This document shows, in pieces, positions 24,001 through 36,000 of a DNA stretch of 64,000 nucleotides. The stretch's first letter is position 1, and each line of letters begins with the position of its first letter. Position numbers and translations under genes: made by a program. The stretch comes from Lingula anatina (lineage: Eukaryota > Animalia > Brachiopoda), in NCBI GenBank assembly GCA_051362555.1, contig CM120641.1:19158001-19222000 (forward strand), written 5' to 3'. A model generated the notes under the pieces. It was not told where the DNA came from. It made no database searches and saw only the letters and a list, made by a program, of their open reading frames with translations.

Positions 24001-27000
24001 TTACTTTCCTTTAACAAGCTAGAGTATGCTTTGTCATTCATCTGAAAGATGTTTTCCATTTTTTCTAGTTCATTTTGATACTGAGCGTTTTCACTCTTTG
24101 CAGTGTCAAGATCTTTGTGCAACACCTGAATTTCTTCCTGCATAGCAGACAGCCTTTCCTTGAGACGCATGTTTTCACTGACTGACTGATCAAGATTCTC
24201 CTGAAACTGGTTGTTTGCCTGGACTTCCATAGCAATTTCCTCCAACAAATCATCAATTTTGCTGTCATTTTCAATCAATCTTTCTTCCAGTTGAGCAATA
24301 GTTTCATCTTTCTCATGCAGAATCTCCATCATGTTACTATTCATGGAGTCAGTGATGTTGGACTGTTTCAATGCATTCTGCAAGCGCTGTTCTGCCTCAT
24401 GCAGCCTGCTTTCTAAAAGTCGCCGTTCTTCACTGAGCTTCTGCTCCATCTCTTCCAGCCTTTTTGTCTTCCTCTCAAATTCTTCAGTATTCTGATTCAG
24501 CTGCAGGCTTTTCTCTGCCAAAGTTTTCTCTGCCTGTGCCAACTGGGCTGTTTTCTCTTTAAGTTCCCTCTGCAATGCACGCACATCTTTCACTTGGTGC
24601 TCTAACTGTTCTATATGTTTGCCTTGCTTCTTGATCTCAGAGCGTGCCGTTTTCAGAGCAGCATCCTTGTTTCGAACATCATCCTCTCGTTCCTTCAACC
24701 TTTTCACAGCCTTTTTGCATTCCTCTGCTAGTAGTTTCTCAGTGGCCTGCCACTCCTGGGCCAGCTTCTCCATTTGGGTCTTCTCCTCTTTCCACTCGTT
24801 GATGGACTTGGAGAGAGCTGCCTCCGTGTTGCTCAGTTCCAGGGTGGTGACTTCAAGCTTTTCCTTCAGTTCCAGAATCTGTGCCTGCTGTTCCTCCACT
24901 GTATCTCTTGCTTCTTTAAGCTGTGACTTCAAAGTTGTGACCTGTTGAAACATGTTAGGCATACTTTATTTCTCAAACAATTTAATCTACTTGTATAGCA
25001 AAATCAGCTTAAAAGACTTAAAGAAAAGAAAGATGTAAATCAGCTTTTTGAAAATGTGAACCACTTAGGTTAGTGGGATAAACCTATCTATTTTCACTAA
25101 TTATCAACAATTAACAAATGTTTCAAATCTAGGAAAGGTTAACAGTTTGTACTTCTTAAATGGGGTCATACTCTACAGTAGCACATGCCTCACATTACCT
25201 GTAGTTTGGTCATCTCCGACTTGTTATTCTGCTCTGACAGTTTGGCATGGAGATAGCCTGTCTTGTGTTCCATCTCATCTTGAATATCTGCAATCTAAAG
25301 GTACAAATACTATCTTAGTTTCTTTATCTTAATAAGTATACATTAACTTGATTAATACAGAAAAGATGGTAGTGTTTCACACCAGACTATGCTCTTCCCA
25401 TGCATATACAACATGTACATTCATAGACAAACAATAACAACAGAGAAAATCACATAAAAGTATAGGAGAAATACATCTACAGCTTTTTTGAGAAAGCTAC
25501 TACCAGTACACAGAAACGTATGAGGAATATGAGGCTTAGATCCTCAGATGGTAAAAAAGGAGCTGCAAGGATTTTTCTAGCAATGGAGGGACTAAAATAT
25601 ATATAGGAAGAATAGGTAAAATACATATAGGAGTAGGAGTTTGTAGATGAGCAAACATTCCATATATCAGCAGCAATAAGCAAAAGCTGTTTTCTCAGGG
25701 AAAAAAGGATGCACAATTTCATATCTGTAATCAGAGGCCTACAAATCCCTGTAAATCGTGTGGGGACCTCATTCATCATGCCAGTACAGGGAAGAGATAG
25801 AGATAAAATGGTAAATACAAAAAAAAAAGTTATTTTCAGTAACAAAATTATTGACCGATTTACCCAAAATGTGAAATTTTTGAAAAGGTGTCATTTTCAA
25901 TTTCTCTAGAAGAGTGCACAGACTCACAGAGAGTAGGAGTACGAGGATGGGTACATTTAATCTGAATAAATCCTGATGTTCAGAATCTTGAACTTTATCC
26001 AAGAACATCTGACAGCGATCCACAAGAAGCTATTGCAAATGACCCATGTTTTTCATCCAATCACAGAATTCCTTAGAAGCCCATATTTCAGCTCCTTAAA
26101 AGCACTACAGCTGCCCTGCTGATTGGTTGAATCACAGGAAACCTGTCCACTGTCAGATATTCTTGGGATGGGTATAAGGTAGAGTGGCATTTGAATGAGA
26201 CTGGGTATCCAGCAGGTCTCCCTCTCACCTGGGACAGATAGCGATTCTGTTCATTCTCCAGGTCATCCAAGGAGTCCTTATGGTCCCTTTTAATGGAATG
26301 GAGGTGCGCCTTTAAGTCGCTGTTGTTGTCATGCATCTTGATGAGCTGGTGCTGCGTGTGTTCAAGCTGAGCCTTGAGAGATTCAACCTGGGTTGACCAA
26401 GAATGGGACACAGAATGAACGCTAGCAACTAACAAACGAACCTAGAAGAAACAGAGGGGGTAACAAAGCATGCTGAGTGCACAAAACTAAAACCACAACC
26501 TACTAAAAGAAACTCAAGGACAGAGACAGGTGACTCTAACAGACTATGGTAATTCTTCCAATTTTTTTTTTTACATCTTTTACCTTCCCATTCAAAAAAG
26601 TCAATCATTTTGTTAACTCATTAGTCATTTTGTAGGTTCAGCAATAACAGGTAAGTCTGGGAAGAGCTGAATTAGTTGCAAGATATGACTGTTGTAACAA
26701 AAGGAAGTATTACCATGTGATTAAAGTTGGTAAAGCAAAGCAGTGTGTGTTAGTCAATATGGGGTTTTTGGGAGGGGGGAAGTGCTGACTCCTAGGTGCC
26801 AATCTCTTGTGCTGCCACCTAGGTTCCAAGTGTTATACTTAATTGATGGAGCAAATGAAACGGGATTGTTGAATATATTCCATAAAAGACATAAGCTGTA
26901 AGATACACCAATGACTCTAAATTTTGTTACAAGCAAGCACAAGAGCAAAGCAATCTGCAGCATGGTGGTCTTGATATTTTTCTTATCTCTAAAACCAAAC

Positions 27001-30000
27001 TCTCTCAGGAGTCTGGGACCAAGGGAAAGATGCCCTCAAACCCACATATTTCCCTCATTCAAGATAAAGAAATGTGAAACAATTGCTTGGGTAAAATAAA
27101 AAACAACAGCTGCGTGTATGAAGTTCAACTTCTAAAAAATCTATATTTATTATATTTTCCTGTGGTGTATCTAGTGTGTCTTATTTTCATAAAATAATCA
27201 TAAATTATTTTTAAAAAACTCAAAGAACTAAAATTCTATTTTTTTAATGCCCAGTGGTTGTGAAGCAAGCTGGCATTAAAGATGAGGTAGGGGGAATCTA
27301 CTAGTATTGTGAATACAACCAAAACAAACCAACAAAACCAAAACCAAAACTAAGCTACACAAGTCAAGAAGCTGCCAATGATAAAAACCTTATATAAAAT
27401 CAAACCTTTCTAATGTAAAAACAAATAAGAAACATTCAATTTTTACAAAAATACTAGAAAACCTGGCACCAAATAAAGCATTCTGAAATATGGCACAATG
27501 TTAGTGACTTTGCCCTGGGACTTGTGTTTAGACTGATCAGCAGTTTAGAATCTGTGTTCATTTACTGCCTCACCAACAAGCCCAGAGTGTTGTTGAAAAG
27601 ATCTAAACTAACATGATCCTCAAACCGCAAATAACACACCAATCCTAAAAGCTACAAACTGCAACATTTATCTAATTATGAGCAAAAGCATCAGGGTATG
27701 CTGCACAATTAGAATTGGAAAAGCTCAGTCCAAAAATTGCAGTAAATTGCAATTTATTCAACAACAAATCAGCTTCATTTTGCAGAGACTTAACAGAACA
27801 TGTTTTGAAGTTCACTTCACAAGTTCCATAAAATATATATATATTAAAAACAAAAAACAAAAAACATAAATTTGCTCAATAATATACATCATGTTAAAAA
27901 AAACATTTTGAAAAGAACAACTTTCATTACAACAAAGACAGCAGGAGTCTGACATAACATTTCATGCAGGTGGTTGTACAAGCAAAAAAACATCCCCTCA
28001 CTACAGCTACGGTTCCCTGCCTATGACATACCCTCTCCTCTATCTCCTCCGCCATGGACTCCGTGTCAGACTCATCATCTGCGTCATTATCAGAGTCTGT
28101 ATCTGCTGCCACCTGGGGGGTTAATTATTATGGTTAAGGACAGCTGGATTGGCATGCCAGGGGGGAAGAGAGGTGAAGATCTTATACTTTGTCCATAACT
28201 CACTGATACTTTGTTCATAACTCACTGATATCTTTATATACAACAGAAGTGCAATGAGCATTTTGGAGAGAATCATTTGTAGATGGTATGTTTTTGAATA
28301 TATTTTTTGAGATAATGGTGCAGAACTTCAGATTTGAACTTTTACATAGTTTGGGTTGCGATAAACAGTCTAAAGAAAAATGATTGTGCATAATACTACA
28401 TTTCATAGGATTATGAAAAGAAGTGAATGTCAAAAGAGCAGTTTTAAAGAAAATCATTTTAAGATTCATTTATCAAGAGTTGCCAAAGTGTTGGCTTATC
28501 ATTCATATATGTCACATAAAAAACAGAGCATACTGGATAGAATTTGGAATTAAATAAAATTTAAATTGGGGGAAAAAAGAAAAGAGAATCACTGCTCATC
28601 TCATATAGAAATATAAGATCTCCCTCTCCTTCCAACACTGTTACAATACAATGTAACACTGTACAGACAAACTCAAACCCTCATTCCACCAACAATCACC
28701 AACAGTTAAAAGAAATATCAAGAATTATAACAGGATGATTTGATATCTGACAGTTAGCGAGAAATGAAAATAAATATGATTGACAGAAAAAAGCTTGTAA
28801 CATATTAACTTATATAATTATGCATAAATGATTATTATGTAAATAAATAAGGACATTCAGTTTTCATGCATACGCATGCACTCTCCCACATCAGCAAGTT
28901 AATACATAGAGACAATTATGATAACAAGATACATGTCACTGAAGTCTTGACCTCACATCACAACTGACCTTCTGTATGCTGGACATGGTGACAAAATATT
29001 TCAGGTTTCAACTTCTTATAGATATAATCTATAGGGACATATCATATGCACTTGTGTTTTTTTACAGTACACCAGATATCACTAAAAACAAGATTGTCTC
29101 CTTGTTTTCTCTAAAACTTTTAACAATTGATCAGATTTAGTATAAAACTAACCTCTGCTTCTAGAAGTTCGACTAAGATGGTTTCTCCGTCTTTTGTTTT
29201 TTGTGATAGTAGAGACCCAGGGTAGTTGGCACTTATAGTGGGCTCTTCAGTCTGCGAAGAAAAACAAAATTTGAATATCAATGTTCTTATTTAATATTAA
29301 AAATTATGATCATATTGTTGCATAAATCAATTGGACCTGTTTTGCCATGTTAGGTAGGTTCTTTCTTTGATATCTTAATTATTTAATATCAATTACACAT
29401 TAAAAGTAACACACTGCAAAATTTCTACAAAAACTGATAAGGTTAATCAGGAGCCAATATTTCCAATAATGTGTATAAAAATATGTAAAATAATAATAAA
29501 TTTTGATCATATTTTATGAAGAAATATGTTTAATATTAAAATTTCTTACCATTAAGTAACACACTTCAAATATAATCAAAGCGCTGAGAGAAATATTTAC
29601 AATACTAGTATACTTTAGGAATTTTGAGACAAAAATTGATTCCATTCATGTTCCTACTTTATGTACCTTTTCTGCTGAATCCTGTCTTATATTCGAGGCA
29701 GCCTCTGCTGAGTCTGCACCAGCCTCAAGTGTTTCCACTTCCTCTTCCTTTACAGCCTGACGTAAATTTGCCTTAGAACCTGGCGATCTGGATCTTAACC
29801 TGGGCTTCGGAGATTTAGATCTTGACTTCTCCAAAACTTTGGCACTGGGAGCTTTATTAGCTGGAGACTTGGATCTTCTCTGCAGGCCATCTCGGCGATC
29901 CAGTTCTTTCTCAAGATCATCGCTTGAGTTTCGAAAGTGAAAAGTCTTTGTGTCACTTAAGCTGCCCGAACTCTCAGAGTCACTTTTTTCTTCTTCTGTC

Positions 30001-33000
30001 TTGCTCAACTCCCTCTCACTGGACTCTGAGCGAGCGCGTCTGTTTTCCTCCTGAGCCCTTTGGGCTAAACCACTTATATTCTTTTCCAGATCTGTAATTT
30101 CTTGTAAAAATTCTGTTCTTTCTTCTACAACTTCCTCCTTGGTGTCTGATGTTTCTCCATCATCTTCATCACTGCTCGTTCGCCTTTTATAAACAGGGTG
30201 CTTGGCCTGGGAGGCTGTCTTGGCAGCATCAGCGATGGCTTCCCTTTCTCTCTCTGAGCCAATGGTCTTTCTCCGTGGAGGCGAGTCTCTGGACTGCCTG
30301 CGGTACAGCCTCATCCCAGGGAAGTCAGAGTCATCATCGCTATAGTGTCTACTGTTAGACTTGCTCTCCTCATTATCAGACCTTCTGCGAACCTGGCCCA
30401 CATGGTTCGAGCCTTCGCTTTTCGCTGTCAAACTTTTCAGTCGACTGGCCCAGGATTCCAGGCTCATTGAGGTGATGGAGGGTGCACTGTCCAGTGTGGA
30501 CTTGCCATCTGTGTTGGTGTCTGCACACTTCTGAACTGCCTGCATCCAGTTTGTGCGGATCCCAGCAGTCATGGCAGACAGTGTGAAATCTCCACCTGTG
30601 GTCTGAAAAATAGACAAGAAAAGCCCTGACTAACAAAAGACTGGATAAAGTCAAAAGCAACTGATTTAGGAATTTTAATTTTTCAAAATTCAATTTTAAA
30701 CTTAAAAGTCCATTGAACGTATTTCCATCATCTTTGTATACAATAATATAACTTCAGGAACTTCAGTAGAATTAGAAATTAAAAACTTTACACCAGACTT
30801 ATCTCACCTTAAAAATGAACAGTTATCAATGTGTAACAAATTCAAAGTTCTTGACCTGTGTTATAATAATGCATGGTAATATAAATCAGACAAAAAGGTC
30901 AAGACGAGTAAATGAGAGAGAGCTATAAACGAGCTGAACAAAGATGAAAAACAAAAGCCGCAAATATATAACAACACTCCTTTCTGCTAACCTTGAGACG
31001 AAAGCCATAATTCTTGGCCTCTGGCACCTCAGCCAGTTCATAGCAGGTAGACAGGTCAATCACCCCACTCATGAAGTTAGCATCCTCTGCCTTGGCATCC
31101 CTGAAGTACTTGAGGGCATTGCCACTGAGAACAAACCAATGCTTCACCCACTCCTTTCCATTAGAGGCAAGCATCAGCAGCCAGCCTTTCTTGGTAAACA
31201 TCAAATCCTAAAAGGAAAGTAAAGCAAAAGTTTGTGATACTTTGCTTGTAAACAGTGACTCCATTCAACCTTTTCAGTTGTTGTTCCATGCACACAAATG
31301 CACATGCATGCAAACATGTTGCTCACACACACACACACACACAAAAAAAATCACGGCAGACTAGTTATAGACTAAATGACATTAAAAGATGACTAACAGA
31401 AGACTTCGGATCACCAGATGATCACATTACACAGGGAACTCCACCCCCCACCCCCCTACCCCTTTGAACCCTAAATCCCATGTTAAGCAATCTGATCATC
31501 TGGTGAAGTAAATGAGATCCAACTTATGCATTCAGTGGTTTTTCTGTGTTTGACAGAAGACATGTAAGATCCAAATTGACGGAAGTTCCTCAGTGACACA
31601 TCAACCACAGTTTATATCATGGCCCTACATCTAAGACCGATGGTAATGTTAACCTTTGTATATATATAGTGTCAAATCATATAATTTTACTAAAATAATG
31701 TTTAGTTATATTATCCGAATCCCTTTTTCTCTAATATTTAATTTAAGAAAAATTTCTACCAAAATTTAAGGGTATATATTAAATTTAAAATTGTAAAAAT
31801 GCAAAATGTCACCCCAACAAAAATGTAAACAACTAAATAATGAATTAAAATAAAATAAAGTCATACACTGAGGTAAAGAATACTTGTGTTCTGAACTTCT
31901 GATGCAAAACTTATTCAACCTGGTTTTGTGAAATTTTCATCCCAGACAAACTGGTTTAAGTTTAAGTCTGTCTGGCTATACAGTATCATTAGAACTTACA
32001 TCTAAGCTGGGTGTCTGTTCTTCAGATTTAGATTTGGATGATGGCTGGGCAGCAACTGCAGTAAGCTGGTTAGACAGGTATTGCTTGCGCTCACTGCTGG
32101 TGCGAGCCATCTGTAAATAGACAAGGAAATCCTATTTCATTCTATTATCTCGAAAAGATCAAATATCAAAAAAGAGGAAAAATCCTTTACAAAAATTATC
32201 TTCAGATATAGAAATCTTATCATTTGCAGCTTTTAACCATTTAATTTACTTGATCACCTCAATTTACAAGTTTAACAATATAGCACTCAGGTCAGGTTTA
32301 CCTTTAACTCATCTGTTTCATTCCTAAGTGGCCCTCTATTGTGCAGGTCTCCTCGACTCATAGAGGCAGAGGTGGGGGGAGATGCTGATAGTGGAGGGGA
32401 CGACCCCTTCAGTATTCCTGTTGGGGTTCCCCTGTCACTTCCAGAGCCATTACTTAAACGAGCATCATAACGTCGCAGGGAATCTGTAGAAGAACAAGAA
32501 TCCTTCCGGGCCCTGTATTCCCTTTCTCTATCTGCTAAACTTACATATGGCCGAGGGGTCGAACTGGAAATATAAGCTGCAGTGCGTTCACTGGGAGTAT
32601 TGGACTGTGACATGTGGGGTTTTGGACTAGACACAGCTGAAGAATCTTTACCATTTTGTGGCAGACTAGATGTTGTGCTAAAACTACCATTTGGTCTCTT
32701 GTTGCGTCCTACAAGGGACGTCATACCAAAAGTTAAATCCGGTGCACTTTTCTTCCTGGCTGCAGACTGTTTTTGTTCATTGGGGACATACTGGTCAATG
32801 TGCTTGGCTCTGGGGATACTGGCGAGTTTGAGGTAGGCACTATGGGAACGTCCTTTTTGGGGAGGTTTTTGTTTCGGTGGCTCTGGATTCATCAAGGATT
32901 CAAAAAAGGTTTTGGGTTTAGCACCTGCTCCATCAGAGTGGTCCCCATCTCCTTCCAGCCCCTCCATTGATGCCCACCTGTTCAGTGAGTCCCCCGAGCG

Positions 33001-36000
33001 ACCAAGATTACTGATATCGTCCCGTGACCTGCTGCGGTATTTCAACAGATTACTTGAAGGCACTTCCTCTGCAGGATCGTCAGAAGTTAAGTCGTGAAGA
33101 CTTCGACTTTTTCTTAGTTCACGATTCACTCCCTTGTCTTTATTTTTCAAGCTGCGTATACTCCTAAAATAAAGAGGTCCTGTGGGTTCAGGAGTGCTCC
33201 TAGAACTCCCAGATGATGCCAGGCTATGTTCACTCTTTGTTCTGACTAGATCTATCTCAGGAGGTAAATAGTCTTCTTTTTCCTTTTCTCTTTCCTTTTC
33301 TCTCCTTTTACTTTGTTCATAATCAATAGCCTTCCCGGGGCTGATATCAAATATGTCCTCTGGTTTGTTCTCTTTCTCTTCTTCCTCCCAGTCCTGCACC
33401 TTGGGGTGATACGAGGAGTTGTAGCGTTGGCGGGGAGGTAATGGAGGAGGTTTGTCTGCCTCTTGATCGCTGGCAGATGAACTGTTCTCAGCTGAGCCGT
33501 TTGTGGACGTGTCACCAGGAACACTGCGACTCTTGTTCAGGGGCTGAAAAGATAAGCCAAGGAATGCAAATACTGAATTATAATGACATCCTTTTTTTTG
33601 ATGTTACATCAATGCCATATCTCCCACGACCCCATGACTAATACACCACATTATGTTTATCAGCTTCCTTTTTGAAATACACTTTATATGTATGTCTTTA
33701 CCACAGTTATATTCACTAGCATATCATTCATCTCACATTTAAAGTCAGGGGAAGACACATCTATCTTGTTATGACAGTTGTTGAAAAAATATTCAGTTTT
33801 AACATCTTGAAATACGGATTTAAAAAAAATGGAACTCCTCTTTCACCTTCTTCTGTCTCCGCTTTTTCTTGCCAAAAAAGATACTATACAAACAACCTCG
33901 GCACATTTTGCTCCGATTTCATGCAGGCTGCACAGTCTCTATCACAGGACATCTATCAAAGACCCTCTGACATGACAAGAACAGAGTTCTACCACATAAT
34001 GACAGACAATGCTTCATCATAAATTCATGTCACAGCCCCCTACCAGGTAGAACAATCCGCACATGAATTTTAATAACACCCTTGGATACCTTTTGGTCTT
34101 CTAACAATCCACAAGTCAAGAAAGGCCTTAAGCTTGGGCTCACACTGGAATTTTTTTTTCAAATTCTTTGCCAATGGCTAAATTTCATATAATAAGGGAA
34201 TGTTTATTGCTACATAGATAGATCCATTACACCATTTAGCAATTTGACTAGATAACAAAGATAGGCTTGAATTCTTCAGACACCTGCTTGCGGAAAAAAA
34301 ATTTCGATAAGCCTATGCAGTTTTTATTCTAAAATTCTTTCCTTATGCACGTATTACTTAACATATTTTTTACTATAAAGTCATATGGATTAATCTAGTA
34401 TACTGTCTGATACATTGTCAAGTTCTAGTTATAATTAGTCTTCCATTTTGCCACCAAATTACCATAATTCCTTATAAAATGAGGGCATCACATAAATTAA
34501 ACATAGTTTAATGCAAAAAAAAAAGTGCCAATGTTCCACTATCTTCCAATCTTGTATCTTGTATTACTTATCATTTGGTGAATTCCAAAACATGATGCAC
34601 TTTGAATTAAAATCAATGCAGTCATAGTAGATGATATTTGAAGGCAGTGACAATGATTCTTCTGTTTTTAAGACCAAATAATATAAGCTACATATGTTTC
34701 CTAAACTTGCTTCAAAATGTGATTTGAATGTATCAGCACATGTGGAGGAATGCAAACTTGCTATGAAAAAATTTTGCAAAAAAGTGCACTACACAATTTA
34801 ACCATGTATGAAAAAAGCCAACAGAGCAAATGAATGGATTTTGAATGGGTAATGCTAGTAAGTAAACAGGTGATGGTCCAGCACTCCTGCTACACATCTA
34901 AAAGATAGAGAAGCAAAACATATCTAGTCTCTCCCCTTTTTATTCATGTACCTTTTGTGTGGTAAAAATGTTTAAGTGTAATATATGAAAAGAAAGAATG
35001 TCTTTTGTGTGCAGTCTTGGCACAGTGGTCACGTAACCTAAAACATCTGAACTGATAAACCCAAGAGCCTGTATCTTTCTACTATTTGTATTTGAACTTG
35101 GGTGTGTGTGTGTGTATTAAAATTGTAAGGTATTTAATCATACCATCAATAATATAGGCTGCCCCTTACTGTTGACTGAAACTTGTTTCTGTGCCAAATG
35201 GAGTAACACATGTTAGTATGTTGCTAAATGCTTAAAGGGAGTTTACAGGATTTTGTTGAAAAAAAAATGCAAGTAACAAACTACTGTCTGCCATTTTCTA
35301 GTGCTTAACCTTCCCCCAAGGTTAAATAAACTTGGACATCTTAAAATTTATTTTAAATTTTTTAGCTTTTTTAGCTTTATTGTTTAGCTTCAAATATGAA
35401 TCTAATTTGACAAAATATTTTAGGTTAATCTACTGAGTCCTGTATATAGAAATGAAAGTATTTTTGTAGTTCATTTATTTAAATTAAATCCACTAGCTTT
35501 TAATTGTAAATGTTATTTACTTACCAAAATTCATTCACTTAAGTTTCTTTTACGTTTATTCATTGAAAACTAGACAAATCAGAATCTGCTATCAGTTAAC
35601 CTTCAAATGTTTTGAGTCAGGGAATCATGGTGGCCAAGAATTTCAATCACTTATCATGATAATAATATTTACCCATGTGATCTTGAACAAAATCCATAAA
35701 GGCAATTTCTAGTATCGCTGCTTACCATATCATTCTAGCATAACATCTGGCAATAACAATAACATTTACCAAATAATGGAAACAACTGATGCAAGTCCAA
35801 ATGGCTTAATTAAAAAAACTTTTAGCAATTGTCTCGCACAATGCTACAACTGGAATTTTACAGCTCAATGAAATTATTTGATAGTCTTCTGTACAACGAA
35901 GATCAATAATCAATACCAGTCATATGCAGAAGTCATGATATGGAAAGTTTTTATTGATTTGTAATGACAATCCATTCAAATAAACATATCAGGAATGCCT

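Noticed and set aside
21135-24948. Cluster of plus-strand ORFs inside the giant exon
   Set aside because: Antisense shadows of a biased coiled-coil coding strand.
20853-24962. 1369-aa ORF as a stand-alone SMC/myosin-like gene
   Set aside because: No ATPase or motor motifs; bounded by splice sites and in frame with MPRIP exons on both sides.
26637-26651. Plus-strand 15-nt AG...GTAAGT microexon-like segment
   Set aside because: Antisense to MPRIP with no plus-strand gene to host it; likely chance.
28196-28230. Short direct repeats here and at about 52404-52443 resembling repeat-spacer units
   Set aside because: Two-copy local tandem duplications in eukaryotic DNA; no array or cas genes, so not CRISPR.
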